Below, one piece after another: positions 25,710-36,277 of a stretch of DNA of 54,750 nucleotides. Positions within the stretch are counted from its first letter, which is position 1. Every line of letters starts with the position of its first letter. The DNA is from a virus (lineage: Duplodnaviria > Caudoviricetes), in the IMG/VR virus record IMGVR_UViG_3300022562_001966, positions 1 to 54,750 of that record; one strand, written 5' to 3'. Made by a program: the position numbers and the translations under genes. The notes beneath the pieces are model-generated. The model worked only from the letters and a program-made list of their open reading frames with translations. It searched no databases and was not told the DNA's origin.

Positions 25710-28700
25710 TTAAGCTGCTTCTAACCCACCAAACAATACCCATTCTGTTGATGCTCGTTTCCAAGCGGTTACAACTGCCCATTGTTCAGAGGTTTTTGTG
25801 GTAAAGGCACTGGCTTTGTTTAATGTGCCTGTATTTAATGCAATCGTAATCTGACCTGCACCGGATTGCATGATGTTAATTGTAGCTCCAACTGCGTGAT
25901 TTGCATTGGTTATTGTATAGGTTATTGCACCGGCATTGGCAATATCAACCATTGAGCATTCATCTGCTGCGACGGATGATCTGGTTGTTGTAGTTGTTGC
26001 GGATTGGGTTGTTTTGCTCGTTACTTGGCCTGTTGCTTTAATTGAACCAATGGTTTCAATATCGCCATTACCTTTGACCATAACTAAAACTGTGGTTGCA
26101 TTGAGTATGGCCAAGATATTTTCAGTAGCGTCTAAATTTTGTCCAAGACCAGTGCCTTTATAAGCGGTAATATTAATGCATCCCCAACCTGATCCTGTGG
26201 TTGGCGTCTGTCTGTAACCTTGTATTTGCAAACCAGAATTAGTTGATCCATAACCTTTTAAAACCAATCCCCCAGTTGGAGAGGATCTAAAATCACCATA
26301 AGTATTTACTCCCCCAGTTGTTGAAAATGGATTAGTAAAGCCTGTTCTTTTTAACGCGAACAACACCCCTGTTGAACCGCCAAAAAGATTTAATCCATTA
26401 TCGATTACATCTGGACTCGCATCATTACCGGAAATTATTTTTCCGGTAAAATACAAATCATCAAGGGCAGTTATGCTATTGCTTTGAGCATCCAGAGACC
26501 CCCCCAATTGCGGCGTAGTATCTTCAACAACATTGGCTAATCCACCGCCGCCTGCACCAAGCGTAATTATATCTGTGACGCTGTTTGCAGTGCGCTTAAT
26601 CAGAATGTCGCCATCATTTCCCGTACCTGTACCGTCGCTCATCCATAACACGTACTCGCCTTCAACTGGGTTGGCTGGATCAGCAGAAAGCTCTTTGCCT
26701 GAAAGTGCCCCTGCATGACGTGTTGCATTGTTAATTGCAATTCCAGATCGGGAAACAAGATGGCTCAATGTATGTAGCTCGCCACCACCTGTGAGATTCA
26801 ATAAGTGGGTAGTAAAATTACTTATCGTAAAAACGACTGAATCGCTATTTAATGGTTGAAGTCCACCTGATAACAGTGAGCACCCAATAGAGACAGTAGC
26901 GTTTCCTGAAAATAGAGCATTGCTTTGTGAGCCTGAATAGCCATTTAGATTCAGGGCTTTTGCGGAAGTAGTTGTGCCATTACCTTGTATAATCGCACCA
27001 TTGGGGTTGCTTCTAATGCTCAGAAATTGTTCGGAGCCTATGTCGCTTGAATCGTATCCTGACTGATAACCCTGAAACCCTCTATACGTACATAAAAAAC
27101 CATTTCCTGTCATCCGTAGCAAAGTAGCGCCGTTATTTGCAACTGTAAATACATTGTCTGTAGTTGGAATTGCAGTCGAACCGCCTATTCCATCTGATAA
27201 TGCCGCATTAAGATGAATCGCACCTGAATTAAAACCAGTTTGAGAAGTTCCTGCTAAACCGGATAGATTTATGCCGGTAATTGACTGACTGAACCCGGAT
27301 AAATTAAATCCTCCAAGAGACGGATCGAGTTTTGAAGTGGTGCCATAGGCTTTTGCTGGTGCCAGACTGGTGAACGGCTGATTAAGTGAGTCATTTAGCC
27401 AATATTGCGATATGCCATTCAGCGTTCCGGTATTAATCTGAATACTACCAACGTCTGCTCCAGTGATTGGCACTTTTCCTCCAGTAATGAGGCCGCTTGC
27501 TAGCTGTATACGTCCTTGGCCATCAAAGGCTGTTATATTTTTTGAATACGACTTAAAAATCAAACAGTATTGATCATCTTCAAAACTGCCAAACGTGCCA
27601 CTGGAATAACTTGTAGCACCCAAACTAATTGGGGCGCTTATTGATAACGAAGAAAGGTCAGCAATTTGAACCGGAGTATCTGCACCTGCACTAACCCCCA
27701 TCGAACCTGTTTTCCCAACTGCCCCTGAAAAATTTAATAAAATACCGCTTGGTGATTTCAAGATCTTTAAAAAAGTAGTTGTATCAACGCCATCAATCGT
27801 TGTTGAATTTGCATCCGTTATTGCAAAAAACACATTGCCCGTTGCGCCAACCGACTTATTAATAATGATTCCACCGGGCAGCATATTGTGCAAAGTTGGC
27901 TGACTGTAATTCGTGATGATCGAGGCCTCTGCCGTACTGCGAAACTTCTCTACCCCATTCACTCGCGCAATGATATCACCATCAACAATCGGAATATCAA
28001 CACTTGATGTGCCATTAACAATCGAATTGGGAGATCCAGTTCCAGCAATCAAAGCATCAACTTGGCTTTGCGTATAACCCGTATCCGTTGTTAATACGTC
28101 AAAGCCCTGCGATATCAACCCAGATACAAAATTGCCCAAATCACCAAATATAGTGCCAGCAACACTTAAACTACCATTTACGTTGACCCCACCGTGAAAG
28201 AAGGCAACGCTATCTGGATAAGCATCAGTAAACTCAGCAAACAATGTGCCGTTGTGGTTTATTTGTATGTCGCCATTCACTGACGGAATAACAACGCTCG
28301 ATGTGCCATTCACAATTTCATTTGGCAACCCTGCTCCGGCTATTAATGAATTCACTTGTGATTGGGTATAATAACGTGCATCACCTCGCGCATTATTCAA
28401 ATACTGCGTGTGCGGATCACCAATGGTTAAATTCGAAAGCGTGTTATGATCAATGCCAGTTACCAATGAATTCACTTGCGATTGGGTATAATAACGCGCA
28501 TCACCTCTTGCATTATTCAAATACTGAGTATGAGGATCACCAATGGTTAAATTCGAAAGCGTATTGTGATCAATACCCGTCAATAATCCATCAATCTGTG
28601 ATTTGGTATAATATCGAATATCGCCTCTTGTGTTATTCAAATACTGCGTGTGCGGATCACCAACGGTTAAATTCGAAAGATTGTTGTGATCGATTGCCGC

Positions 28701-30605
28701 CATTTGGGAATCAATCTGAGTTTTTGTGTAATATCGAATATCACCTCTAGCATCATTATGATATTGAGCATGATCATCATCGCCCAATCCTGTCATCTGG
28801 CCATGATCGGTAACTATGGCATCCCACTCTGCCGGATAAAAAGTTCCATCGCCAGTCGTTTGTTGATTGGCTTTGTACAATATTCCGTCATCTGGATTTA
28901 CGGCAACAACATTCGCATCATATTGCAAACTGTGATTCATTAAAGGCACGCCTGAAGGTGCGGCCACTTCCCATTGCGATATATCAAACGCACCGGCTGT
29001 GACTGCTTCTTTGGCTTGCCAAATCAAACCATCGCGTCTGACAAAATCATCCTGTGCGTAATTTGATAAGGTGCTGAAATACGGAATAGATAATAATTTT
29101 GTTGGCAAATCTGCTGCATCCAAGCCCCATAATTGGAAATCGGCTCGATTAATACCAATACCACCTTTTATTAATTCGCTGGCAGATGGCGAGGTTCCGG
29201 CTGAATCAGAATAAATTAAACTGAATAAATTATCCGGCGTTCCAAATTGACCACCCTGTAAAGTCACATTTTTAATTGATGATAGGGTACGATCACCGCC
29301 ATCAATAATTGTCTTTGCAGTAGTGTTGCTTGCAATTAATTCAAACTGATCACCTAAGACTTGCTGGCCATTGGTAAATATATATGATCCTGTGCCAATG
29401 CCATTGCTGTAATGCCATGTAAAGCCATCGCTGGCAACAACATCACCGGCATCACCGCTTGTACCAGCAATTGGTGGCCCCCAAGAACCATGAAAATTCC
29501 CAGTAATATCCAGAATGTAATAATCTCCGGCATTGTGGGATGGCGCTGTTGTTGTAGGATCAATAAAACCTTTAAAATTTGGCGTGCCAGAAAGTGAAAT
29601 CAAACTGGCATCAATTTTACCAGCAATGGTTGTTCTTACCAGTTTACCCCCATCCGGCGCTCCCGTACTGACAACCACACTGGTTAATGCTGTATCCAAT
29701 TGTTGTTTCGGAACGGCATGAAGCGGATTGATCGCATTGCCTGAAAGCGTTAAAAGACCTGTTAACGTTCCACCACTGATATTCAATTTTTGCGGATCAT
29801 GCCAATTATCAACATAACCTTTAGTTGCTGCATGAAGGTTATTTACCGGATTTCCACTTAACGTGATTGGGCCTGTGAATGTATCACCGGCTTTATTTGC
29901 TTTCAGCGCCAAACCAGCATCCGTATATTGCTTGGTTGCCGCTTCCAATGGATTTGCTGGATCACCATTTAATACCAATGGCCCTGTCATAGTTCCGCCA
30001 CTCAAAGGCAAACTATTTGCACTGGAATTTTGATTGAAATAATCCAAAGTCACTGGATGATTTGGCAGAGTTGGTGGCCCTGCCAATTCCAATGGGCCTG
30101 TTAAAACGCCACCGGCCAATGGGAGATAACCAGACAAATCCACTTGCGAAGGTATTAAGCCCCATTCTGTACCATCAAATACCAATGTATCGCCCGACAT
30201 AACCGGCTCATTGGCCACTGGCAAACCAAAAGAAGTGTGAACAGTACCATTGGTGTTATTGATGTAATAATCACCAACCGAAGGCGCTAAAGGGGCAACT
30301 GTGGTTGTTGCATCAATGACACCCTGATAATTCTGACCACTGCCGCCGCCTCCACCAAATGAAATGGTGCTGTTATTAATATCGATCACATAAAGCAAAA
30401 CATCATCTGAGCCATCAAAATATTTAACTTCATGAATTCCGGCTGTACTGGTATCCACCCATATCATTCCGGCAATGGCATACGATGGCCTTGCCGACCC
30501 TGAATGACTCGACATTTGCGCTGGAATCCATTGATTAAGCCGATTGGCTAAATCTGTACCAGTATGCAACGCTGGATTAAGAGGCTGATATTCAAATTGG
30601 CTCAT
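25710..30605 (-). CDS. Long tail fibre
   Basis: N-terminal SSHSGSARPSYAIAGMIWVD; GGTMTGPL/AATKQY repeats; DPHTQY repeats; Gly/Ser/Thr-rich. Confidence 0.9.
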   Translation of the reverse strand: MSQFEYQPLNPALHTGTDLANRLNQWIPAQMSSHSGSARPSYAIAGMIWVDTSTAGIHEVKYFDGSDDVLLYVIDINNSTISFGGGGGSGQNYQGVIDATTTVAPLAPSVGDYYINNTNGTVHTSFGLPVANEPVMSGDTLVFDGTEWGLIPSQVDLSGYLPLAGGVLTGPLELAGPPTLPNHPVTLDYFNQNSSANSLPLSGGTMTGPLVLNGDPANPLEAATKQYTDAGLALKANKAGDTFTGPITLSGNPVNNLHAATKGYVDNWHDPQKLNISGGTLTGLLTLSGNAINPLHAVPKQQLDTALTSVVVSTGAPDGGKLVRTTIAGKIDASLISLSGTPNFKGFIDPTTTAPSHNAGDYYILDITGNFHGSWGPPIAGTSGDAGDVVASDGFTWHYSNGIGTGSYIFTNGQQVLGDQFELIASNTTAKTIIDGGDRTLSSIKNVTLQGGQFGTPDNLFSLIYSDSAGTSPSASELIKGGIGINRADFQLWGLDAADLPTKLLSIPYFSTLSNYAQDDFVRRDGLIWQAKEAVTAGAFDISQWEVAAPSGVPLMNHSLQYDANVVAVNPDDGILYKANQQTTGDGTFYPAEWDAIVTDHGQMTGLGDDDHAQYHNDARGDIRYYTKTQIDSQMAAIDHNNLSNLTVGDPHTQYLNNTRGDIRYYTKSQIDGLLTGIDHNTLSNLTIGDPHTQYLNNARGDARYYTQSQVNSLVTGIDHNTLSNLTIGDPHTQYLNNARGDARYYTQSQVNSLIAGAGLPNEIVNGTSSVVIPSVNGDIQINHNGTLFAEFTDAYPDSVAFFHGGVNVNGSLSVAGTIFGDLGNFVSGLISQGFDVLTTDTGYTQSQVDALIAGTGSPNSIVNGTSSVDIPIVDGDIIARVNGVEKFRSTAEASIITNYSQPTLHNMLPGGIIINKSVGATGNVFFAITDANSTTIDGVDTTTFLKILKSPSGILLNFSGAVGKTGSMGVSAGADTPVQIADLSSLSISAPISLGATSYSSGTFGSFEDDQYCLIFKSYSKNITAFDGQGRIQLASGLITGGKVPITGADVGSIQINTGTLNGISQYWLNDSLNQPFTSLAPAKAYGTTSKLDPSLGGFNLSGFSQSITGINLSGLAGTSQTGFNSGAIHLNAALSDGIGGSTAIPTTDNVFTVANNGATLLRMTGNGFLCTYRGFQGYQSGYDSSDIGSEQFLSIRSNPNGAIIQGNGTTTSAKALNLNGYSGSQSNALFSGNATVSIGCSLLSGGLQPLNSDSVVFTISNFTTHLLNLTGGGELHTLSHLVSRSGIAINNATRHAGALSGKELSADPANPVEGEYVLWMSDGTGTGNDGDILIKRTANSVTDIITLGAGGGGLANVVEDTTPQLGGSLDAQSNSITALDDLYFTGKIISGNDASPDVIDNGLNLFGGSTGVLFALKRTGFTNPFSTTGGVNTYGDFRSSPTGGLVLKGYGSTNSGLQIQGYRQTPTTGSGWGCINITAYKGTGLGQNLDATENILAILNATTVLVMVKGNGDIETIGSIKATGQVTSKTTQSATTTTTRSSVAADECSMVDIANAGAITYTITNANHAVGATINIMQSGAGQITIALNTGTLNKASAFTTKTSEQWAVVTAWKRASTEWVLFGGLEAA
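28340..28810 (-). repeat. Four tandem 120-bp (40-aa) repeats in the fibre
   Basis: DHNTLSNLTIGDPHTQYLNNARGDARYYTQSQV units; DNA period of 120 bp visible at 28381/28501/28621/28741. Confidence 0.9.
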
Positions 30606-30623
30606 TTCGCAAATCCTTTTGCG

Positions 30624-33600
30624 TTAAAATTCCTTGCCATATCCGTATGCTGTCCAGTCAATCTCACCTGAAATTGGCTGGCCATCGGCGTTAAAAACAG
30701 TAACGTCAAATCCATATTTCGTTACTGCTGATCGATTAAAATAGTCACCTGCATTGGCATTTTGCAGCGAAATGGAAACGGTTGGCGGCTTTGTGAATGC
30801 GGTAGCAAAATTAATTGTGGTTGCTTGTGCATCTATGGCCACATCATTTCCTGATTCAGTTCGCTCTACCCAATCTGCCAACACTAAAGCCTGAAATACA
30901 GATGGACGATAATTGATCTCTTTTGTATCAAGACGAATCGCAAACTCAATATCCGTTGCCGTTACATCGGCTACTATCAGTTTAGTCCAACTATTGCTTT
31001 CGATTGGAAAACTGCCATCGGTATATCGATAGTAAATTTGGGCATCAACAAAATTAAGTCCTTTACCAGTCAGAGAAGGTTGTAACGGGACAGCTACTTG
31101 CAACGGGATAAACCAAGGATCGCCTAAATCTTCATCAGAGGCTAAAACCGCTGTTTGTATATCCGCACTCAAACGAACCTTGCTTGGCATGGAAAAATGA
31201 ATTCCCTTCAATACCGGATCAGGGTAATACCAGCCAACTTCCTGACCTGCTACCAATTCCAAATACCCCATATCCTGAACTGTATTGTCATGGACGCCAT
31301 TTGCAAATGGATCAAACTGTATAACATCAAATAGATCAACGCCGCTGATATCTTCAATTTGTGCCTTTGTTACTGCTGCATTGGTGCTGTAATTATTTGA
31401 AGCATCCACTGCTTTTATAAAATACAATCCTGTTCTCAATGGCACTGTAATACTGTTTGAATCAGGGGCAATATAATCAATCAATCGGCTGGAAGTTTGC
31501 CATGTTCCGCTTTCCATGCTGCTGTGTCGGATTTCATAATGATGAACTTCTGACAAATCATCTGGCAAAGTCCAGAACAAATAAATCGATTCAGATTGTG
31601 CATTTGAATTCAGCATTTCAATATCAGGTGGTGGGGTTGTATCCTGATTTATTGTGTATAAAGTATATCCTGCCTGACTGATCCCAACCCTTTCAACAAC
31701 GGCAACCACTGAATAATTCAAGATTAAAGCTTGATCCAATCGTGAGATATTTACATCATCCAGTTGTAACTTTGTCTCTGTCGTTGTGCCCAAATTCGTC
31801 ACACCAAAATCACCATCATTACGATAAACACGATAGTAATTTGGAAATCCATTATCAGGTGGCAACCAACTTAACGTTAACTTGGAAATCTTCTGGCCAT
31901 TCTCAATAACAACATTTTCGATAACATGAACATTTAATGGCGCTCCAATTGAATAATTATTCTCAATGCCAATTCTAGGCACCCTCTCTGGTATTGGCCC
32001 ATAAATGGCATCATCAACTTCCAATCTCTGTTCAACCAATCTTAGAGTTGCAGAAAAATCAGAACCCGCTGTAATTTCCTCGACAATGAATGGCGCTTTA
32101 ACTTGTTCTGTTACGCCATATTCCAAGATATCCCCAATGATTAAGGAATCCGCTTCGCCAGAAGGTAATTCAAGTTGATTGGATGAAATTTGCGTTACAG
32201 GAATTATTTGCTGTGATCGCCTCATTCGAATGGTATCCGCTGCCTGATACTCTACATCTGGATCAGCGCCAAAATCAGCAAATTGAAAATTCTGATTGGG
32301 GAAATTCGCGGTATAACGTGCAATGCCTCTTGTTACTCTGACTTCATCAACATACCCATTGAATGAAGAATTATCCCATCCATTTCTGCCAATCAGTGTT
32401 CCAGCATTAGCAAATGGGGATTTAGAGAAATCAATATCAACCATGCCTGTATAAACAGATTCTTTTCTACCATTGACAAACAAGCGTAAAATATCACCAC
32501 TTCTGGTCAAAGCAACGTGATACCATTGATTCGCCTCTATGATCGTTTCTGATAAAAGTAACGCATAATCATCTGCCAAATCATACCCAGAAAAAGCGAT
32601 TCGATTTCTTTTATACGGGGTTGTTGCATAAGCACCATATAAAATAATTTGTCTCGATCCCGATACAAATGAAGCATTATTGTAATTGGAAAATAAAGGC
32701 TGATTATTAGCCGACCTGTCTGAACAATTCATCCAGAACTCAATTGTAAAATCGATATCTTGGCCAAAATTGAAATGACTGTTTTTCTCTATTTGCAAAT
32801 AACGAATCGCAGGTGATGGACGCAAATTACAAGACTGACCAAATTTTGATTGCGCTGAATCAATGCGTGCATTTTGTGCGATTACTGATTTTCCGTAGCT
32901 GGATGAATCAATGAAATTTGTACTTTGATTTACTCCATCGCAATGCAGCAAAAGAACCACATTTTGCCAATAAGGATCACCCAAACCTGCCGATTGGATT
33001 TGTTCATCAAGGGTTATAACATCACCTTGAATATCAGCAATACGACAAGGCACGCCCCCAATTCGAATTGTATCATTTGCAACCAGAACAACATCACCTC
33101 TAGTTGCCACCAAATTTTCAATATCCAATCCACATTCAATCCGCTCTCTCTGTAATTTTGCGGTAGCCAAATAATACCGACCCAAACGATAGGCTTGTTG
33201 ATATCGAGTTGTTCCGGCTAAATTAAGATTCTCAAAAACAGTTGCATTTGAAAAATCATAACCATCGTTATAAACAACCACTTCGGTTGGTTCATAATTA
33301 TACGCTTCATCTTGAATGCTGATTTTCAAACCGTGTGGTGGACGAACATAAGAAACCGTTGTTGTGAAATTCCGGCAATTTTTCGGAGTGATTAATTGAA
33401 CAGGTGGGGTATCCAAAGTATCTCTGACAATACTGTATTTGCCATCCGTTCTTGATGGTGCTGCTCTGCCTGTACTGCAAACCGTCTGCAAAACTTGCTT
33501 AACCGTAGTTTCACCATCGATGATTAAATTACATTGGAATTGTGCAACGCCATCATCATTTGGTGCTGATTGATCACAATAATCTGCCCAAGCTTTGATG

Positions 33601-35441
33601 GCTGGCAAATCCATTAACCTGTCTCGATCAGCCAATGACACAGGAAACTTAGTTGCTGACCCCATTAATACATCACAATAAATCCAAGCCGGATTATTAC
33701 TTACTTGCAACGTCCAATTCGAGCCATCCCATACTTCAACCTGACTTTCTGCAACGCAACTTAACGTGTCAATAACGCCGCTGATTTCATCTGTAGCCTT
33801 AACTTTTAATTCCAATACCGTATGCGCGGTTTCCGGTTCAAAAACAATCGGGGTTGAATAAAGGCTATTTAAATAAATCCAGTTAAATTCATTAAAATAG
33901 TATTTCTTTGGATTTGGTGAGAGCCTTGTAATTCTAATATCATATTCTGCTGCAACATCAAAATCGACATTAAGACTTGTTTCAAATGGCTCAGTTTTTC
34001 TACCCTGAAAAACGGATTCTTGGGCAGTTTGATACACTGTCCAAAAAAGCAATCGATTAACGAACAATGGTGCATCAGAAGGCAATATTCCAAAATTTGT
34101 TGGCTGACCTGTAGTATCATCAAAAGGCCATTCCCAAGGGCCACTGCCTTTTCTACGACTGGCCTTGATTCTGGCTGGCAAAGGATGATCAAACGTCATG
34201 ACATAATCTGCCTTGCTTCCATTCACCGTTCTATTGGTTACTGTTACTAAAGGTAATAAATCATGTATTTTTAATCTTTGGCCAATGCTGAAATGGTATG
34301 AATACCATGAAGATGTACTGATATCATCATTGATAAATTCAATCTCTGTTCGACCAACTTCCAACCCAAGGTATTCATAACCATCTGCTTCAACCCAATG
34401 ATCCCAATCATTATGGTTTAGAATTTTACCTATCTCAAAATTGGCAGAACTTCTATATAACGCCTTTGTGACTAATGGAACCCAAATCCCTGCCACACCA
34501 TTCACTATTTCTCTTACTTCCAGTTTTACTTTAACAATGGCACTTCCATACGTACCATACGTTTCATTAATATAGTAAAAGCCTTGAGGAAAACTTAAAT
34601 CAATAACCGCTCTTTTTGTGTTTTTTGCGGTTCTGCGAATGACTCCGGCCTGATCAACTTTTGCCCCAACTTGCTGAACATCCCTTGATTCATCAAATAA
34701 TACCAACTGATTACTCGATGTGTAATTTTCATGAATTCTGTATTCTCTGTCTTCTGGCTTTGTGAAAACTTCTCGCAAAGGCGTTTCACCAATTTTTATA
34801 GTTTCTTCATCAATTTTTAATGGCCCATAACCAAAGTCAAACAACATGGTCAAATACTGTTGATCTTGGCCATAAATGTTTGTGAAATTGGTTGTAAATG
34901 GCGGCGCTGGCAATTTAGGAAAAACACGCATTTTCCCATATAATCTTTGCACACTGCCCAATGGAACAAGTTCATTATTCTGGCTGGTAAATTTGAAAAA
35001 TGGGCTTGTTCTGCTTTGATTGGAAGGCTGAACAGGGGGTTTTATTAAACCGCTCTGGATGGCATTGATTACCAAACCACCTGCAACCATAACTATGGCT
35101 CTGGCATAAACGTTGCCAATACCTGCTGTAAACACACTCAAACCAATTGAGGCAATCAGACCCAATGCGGATTTCCCATCATCACCACCGGCTGGCAAAA
35201 CATACAACAAAATATGATCATTATTTGATGGAATCAAATTCTGCCATTGGATTTCATCTTCACCATTTTTTTTAACCCGTACAAATTCAATTAAATGTTG
35301 TGGCAAAAATCGATTGGCAAATTCCAATAAAGTTTCACCGGCATGTAATCTTGTTTCAATGGTTTTGCCATTCAGCCAACCATTTCGGGCAATGATATTC
35401 GCGCCATTTGATTCAATTGGTTTTATTTGATTCATTATCAT
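30624..35441 (-). CDS. Tail tip / host-specificity protein (gpI-gpJ-like fusion) with inserted LamG and FN3-like domains
   Basis: N-terminal gpI-like segment (LYVLPAGG), YGKMRVFP, SNNPAW; LamG motif WYHVALTRSG...GYVDEVRVTRG. Confidence 0.9.
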   Translation of the reverse strand: MIMNQIKPIESNGANIIARNGWLNGKTIETRLHAGETLLEFANRFLPQHLIEFVRVKKNGEDEIQWQNLIPSNNDHILLYVLPAGGDDGKSALGLIASIGLSVFTAGIGNVYARAIVMVAGGLVINAIQSGLIKPPVQPSNQSRTSPFFKFTSQNNELVPLGSVQRLYGKMRVFPKLPAPPFTTNFTNIYGQDQQYLTMLFDFGYGPLKIDEETIKIGETPLREVFTKPEDREYRIHENYTSSNQLVLFDESRDVQQVGAKVDQAGVIRRTAKNTKRAVIDLSFPQGFYYINETYGTYGSAIVKVKLEVREIVNGVAGIWVPLVTKALYRSSANFEIGKILNHNDWDHWVEADGYEYLGLEVGRTEIEFINDDISTSSWYSYHFSIGQRLKIHDLLPLVTVTNRTVNGSKADYVMTFDHPLPARIKASRRKGSGPWEWPFDDTTGQPTNFGILPSDAPLFVNRLLFWTVYQTAQESVFQGRKTEPFETSLNVDFDVAAEYDIRITRLSPNPKKYYFNEFNWIYLNSLYSTPIVFEPETAHTVLELKVKATDEISGVIDTLSCVAESQVEVWDGSNWTLQVSNNPAWIYCDVLMGSATKFPVSLADRDRLMDLPAIKAWADYCDQSAPNDDGVAQFQCNLIIDGETTVKQVLQTVCSTGRAAPSRTDGKYSIVRDTLDTPPVQLITPKNCRNFTTTVSYVRPPHGLKISIQDEAYNYEPTEVVVYNDGYDFSNATVFENLNLAGTTRYQQAYRLGRYYLATAKLQRERIECGLDIENLVATRGDVVLVANDTIRIGGVPCRIADIQGDVITLDEQIQSAGLGDPYWQNVVLLLHCDGVNQSTNFIDSSSYGKSVIAQNARIDSAQSKFGQSCNLRPSPAIRYLQIEKNSHFNFGQDIDFTIEFWMNCSDRSANNQPLFSNYNNASFVSGSRQIILYGAYATTPYKRNRIAFSGYDLADDYALLLSETIIEANQWYHVALTRSGDILRLFVNGRKESVYTGMVDIDFSKSPFANAGTLIGRNGWDNSSFNGYVDEVRVTRGIARYTANFPNQNFQFADFGADPDVEYQAADTIRMRRSQQIIPVTQISSNQLELPSGEADSLIIGDILEYGVTEQVKAPFIVEEITAGSDFSATLRLVEQRLEVDDAIYGPIPERVPRIGIENNYSIGAPLNVHVIENVVIENGQKISKLTLSWLPPDNGFPNYYRVYRNDGDFGVTNLGTTTETKLQLDDVNISRLDQALILNYSVVAVVERVGISQAGYTLYTINQDTTPPPDIEMLNSNAQSESIYLFWTLPDDLSEVHHYEIRHSSMESGTWQTSSRLIDYIAPDSNSITVPLRTGLYFIKAVDASNNYSTNAAVTKAQIEDISGVDLFDVIQFDPFANGVHDNTVQDMGYLELVAGQEVGWYYPDPVLKGIHFSMPSKVRLSADIQTAVLASDEDLGDPWFIPLQVAVPLQPSLTGKGLNFVDAQIYYRYTDGSFPIESNSWTKLIVADVTATDIEFAIRLDTKEINYRPSVFQALVLADWVERTESGNDVAIDAQATTINFATAFTKPPTVSISLQNANAGDYFNRSAVTKYGFDVTVFNADGQPISGEIDWTAYGYGKEF

Positions 35442-35844
35442 TCCATCGATAAAAACCCAACACTCGTTTATTCCATTGGATATTGTTTATATTTTCAACA
35501 CATGAATTCCGGCCTTTCAAAGTATGAAGCATTAAATTATCGCCAATCATAATGCCACAATGCATCGGGTATCCCGCTATGCGTAACATAACCATATCAC
35601 CCACTTTTACATCAACTGGATCAACTGTTATCCATTTCTGCAAATGCGTCATAAACATTGGTTCAATGTTTTCTTTAGTACCTGAAAACGCAATGACAGG
35701 TGGTTGAATTTGAAATACTTCCAACATCACTTTTTCAACCAATTCCCAACAATGCAAACCAACTTTATCCACGTCAGGTGTGCGATAAGGAATGCCAATG
35801 TATTTAGAAAAGTCTAGGCGCTTGCGCTGGATCATAACGTTCAC
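35413..35844 (-). CDS. NlpC/P60 tail protein (gpK-like)
   Basis: YIGIPY...GLHCWELV...HCGIMIG...MLH. Confidence 0.9.
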   Translation of the reverse strand: MNVMIQRKRLDFSKYIGIPYRTPDVDKVGLHCWELVEKVMLEVFQIQPPVIAFSGTKENIEPMFMTHLQKWITVDPVDVKVGDMVMLRIAGYPMHCGIMIGDNLMLHTLKGRNSCVENINNIQWNKRVLGFYRWNDNESNKTN

Positions 35845-36277
35845 CGATGGCAGGAAATTTCTGATTCCAAATATCTGTCAGTATCAAAGTCGCTCGAATC
35901 GTAAATTCATCAATGGTGATTAATTGAGTTTCTAGATAATTCAATTCCAACTCAATAACGTCTGGCTGAGAATAAAGGGCCAATTTAATTTCAAATTGAA
36001 TCGGATTTCTTGCCGTCCTTATCCCATCAATTAACATACGATCAACGTTATCAATTGCCAATTGAACTTGTTCAACGGATTCCAAAGAATCGCTTGGCAA
36101 AATCACATCAAAAGCATAAGGTTTAAATTCAACACCATTGCTCATTATTGGGTGATCACTACCGGCCACTACATGATAAATTGCACCATCAATATTAATT
36201 GTTAAAAGCACCAACCATATTTCCGCTGTGACTCGCTGCAATAAACTGGTTGTCGCATTTCCGCTTAACGTTCTCAT
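35804..36277 (-). CDS. Minor tail protein (DUF1833 / gpL position)
   Basis: PYAFDVILP...QLAIDNVDR...YDPAQAPRLF. Confidence 0.8.
   Translation of the reverse strand: MRTLSGNATTSLLQRVTAEIWLVLLTINIDGAIYHVVAGSDHPIMSNGVEFKPYAFDVILPSDSLESVEQVQLAIDNVDRMLIDGIRTARNPIQFEIKLALYSQPDVIELELNYLETQLITIDEFTIRATLILTDIWNQKFPAIGERYDPAQAPRLF

Noticed and set aside
28340-28810. CRISPR array or DGR template/variable repeat
   Set aside because: Repeats are in-frame coding units without unique spacers; differences are mostly synonymous rather than adenine-specific; no reverse transcriptase or cas gene in the window
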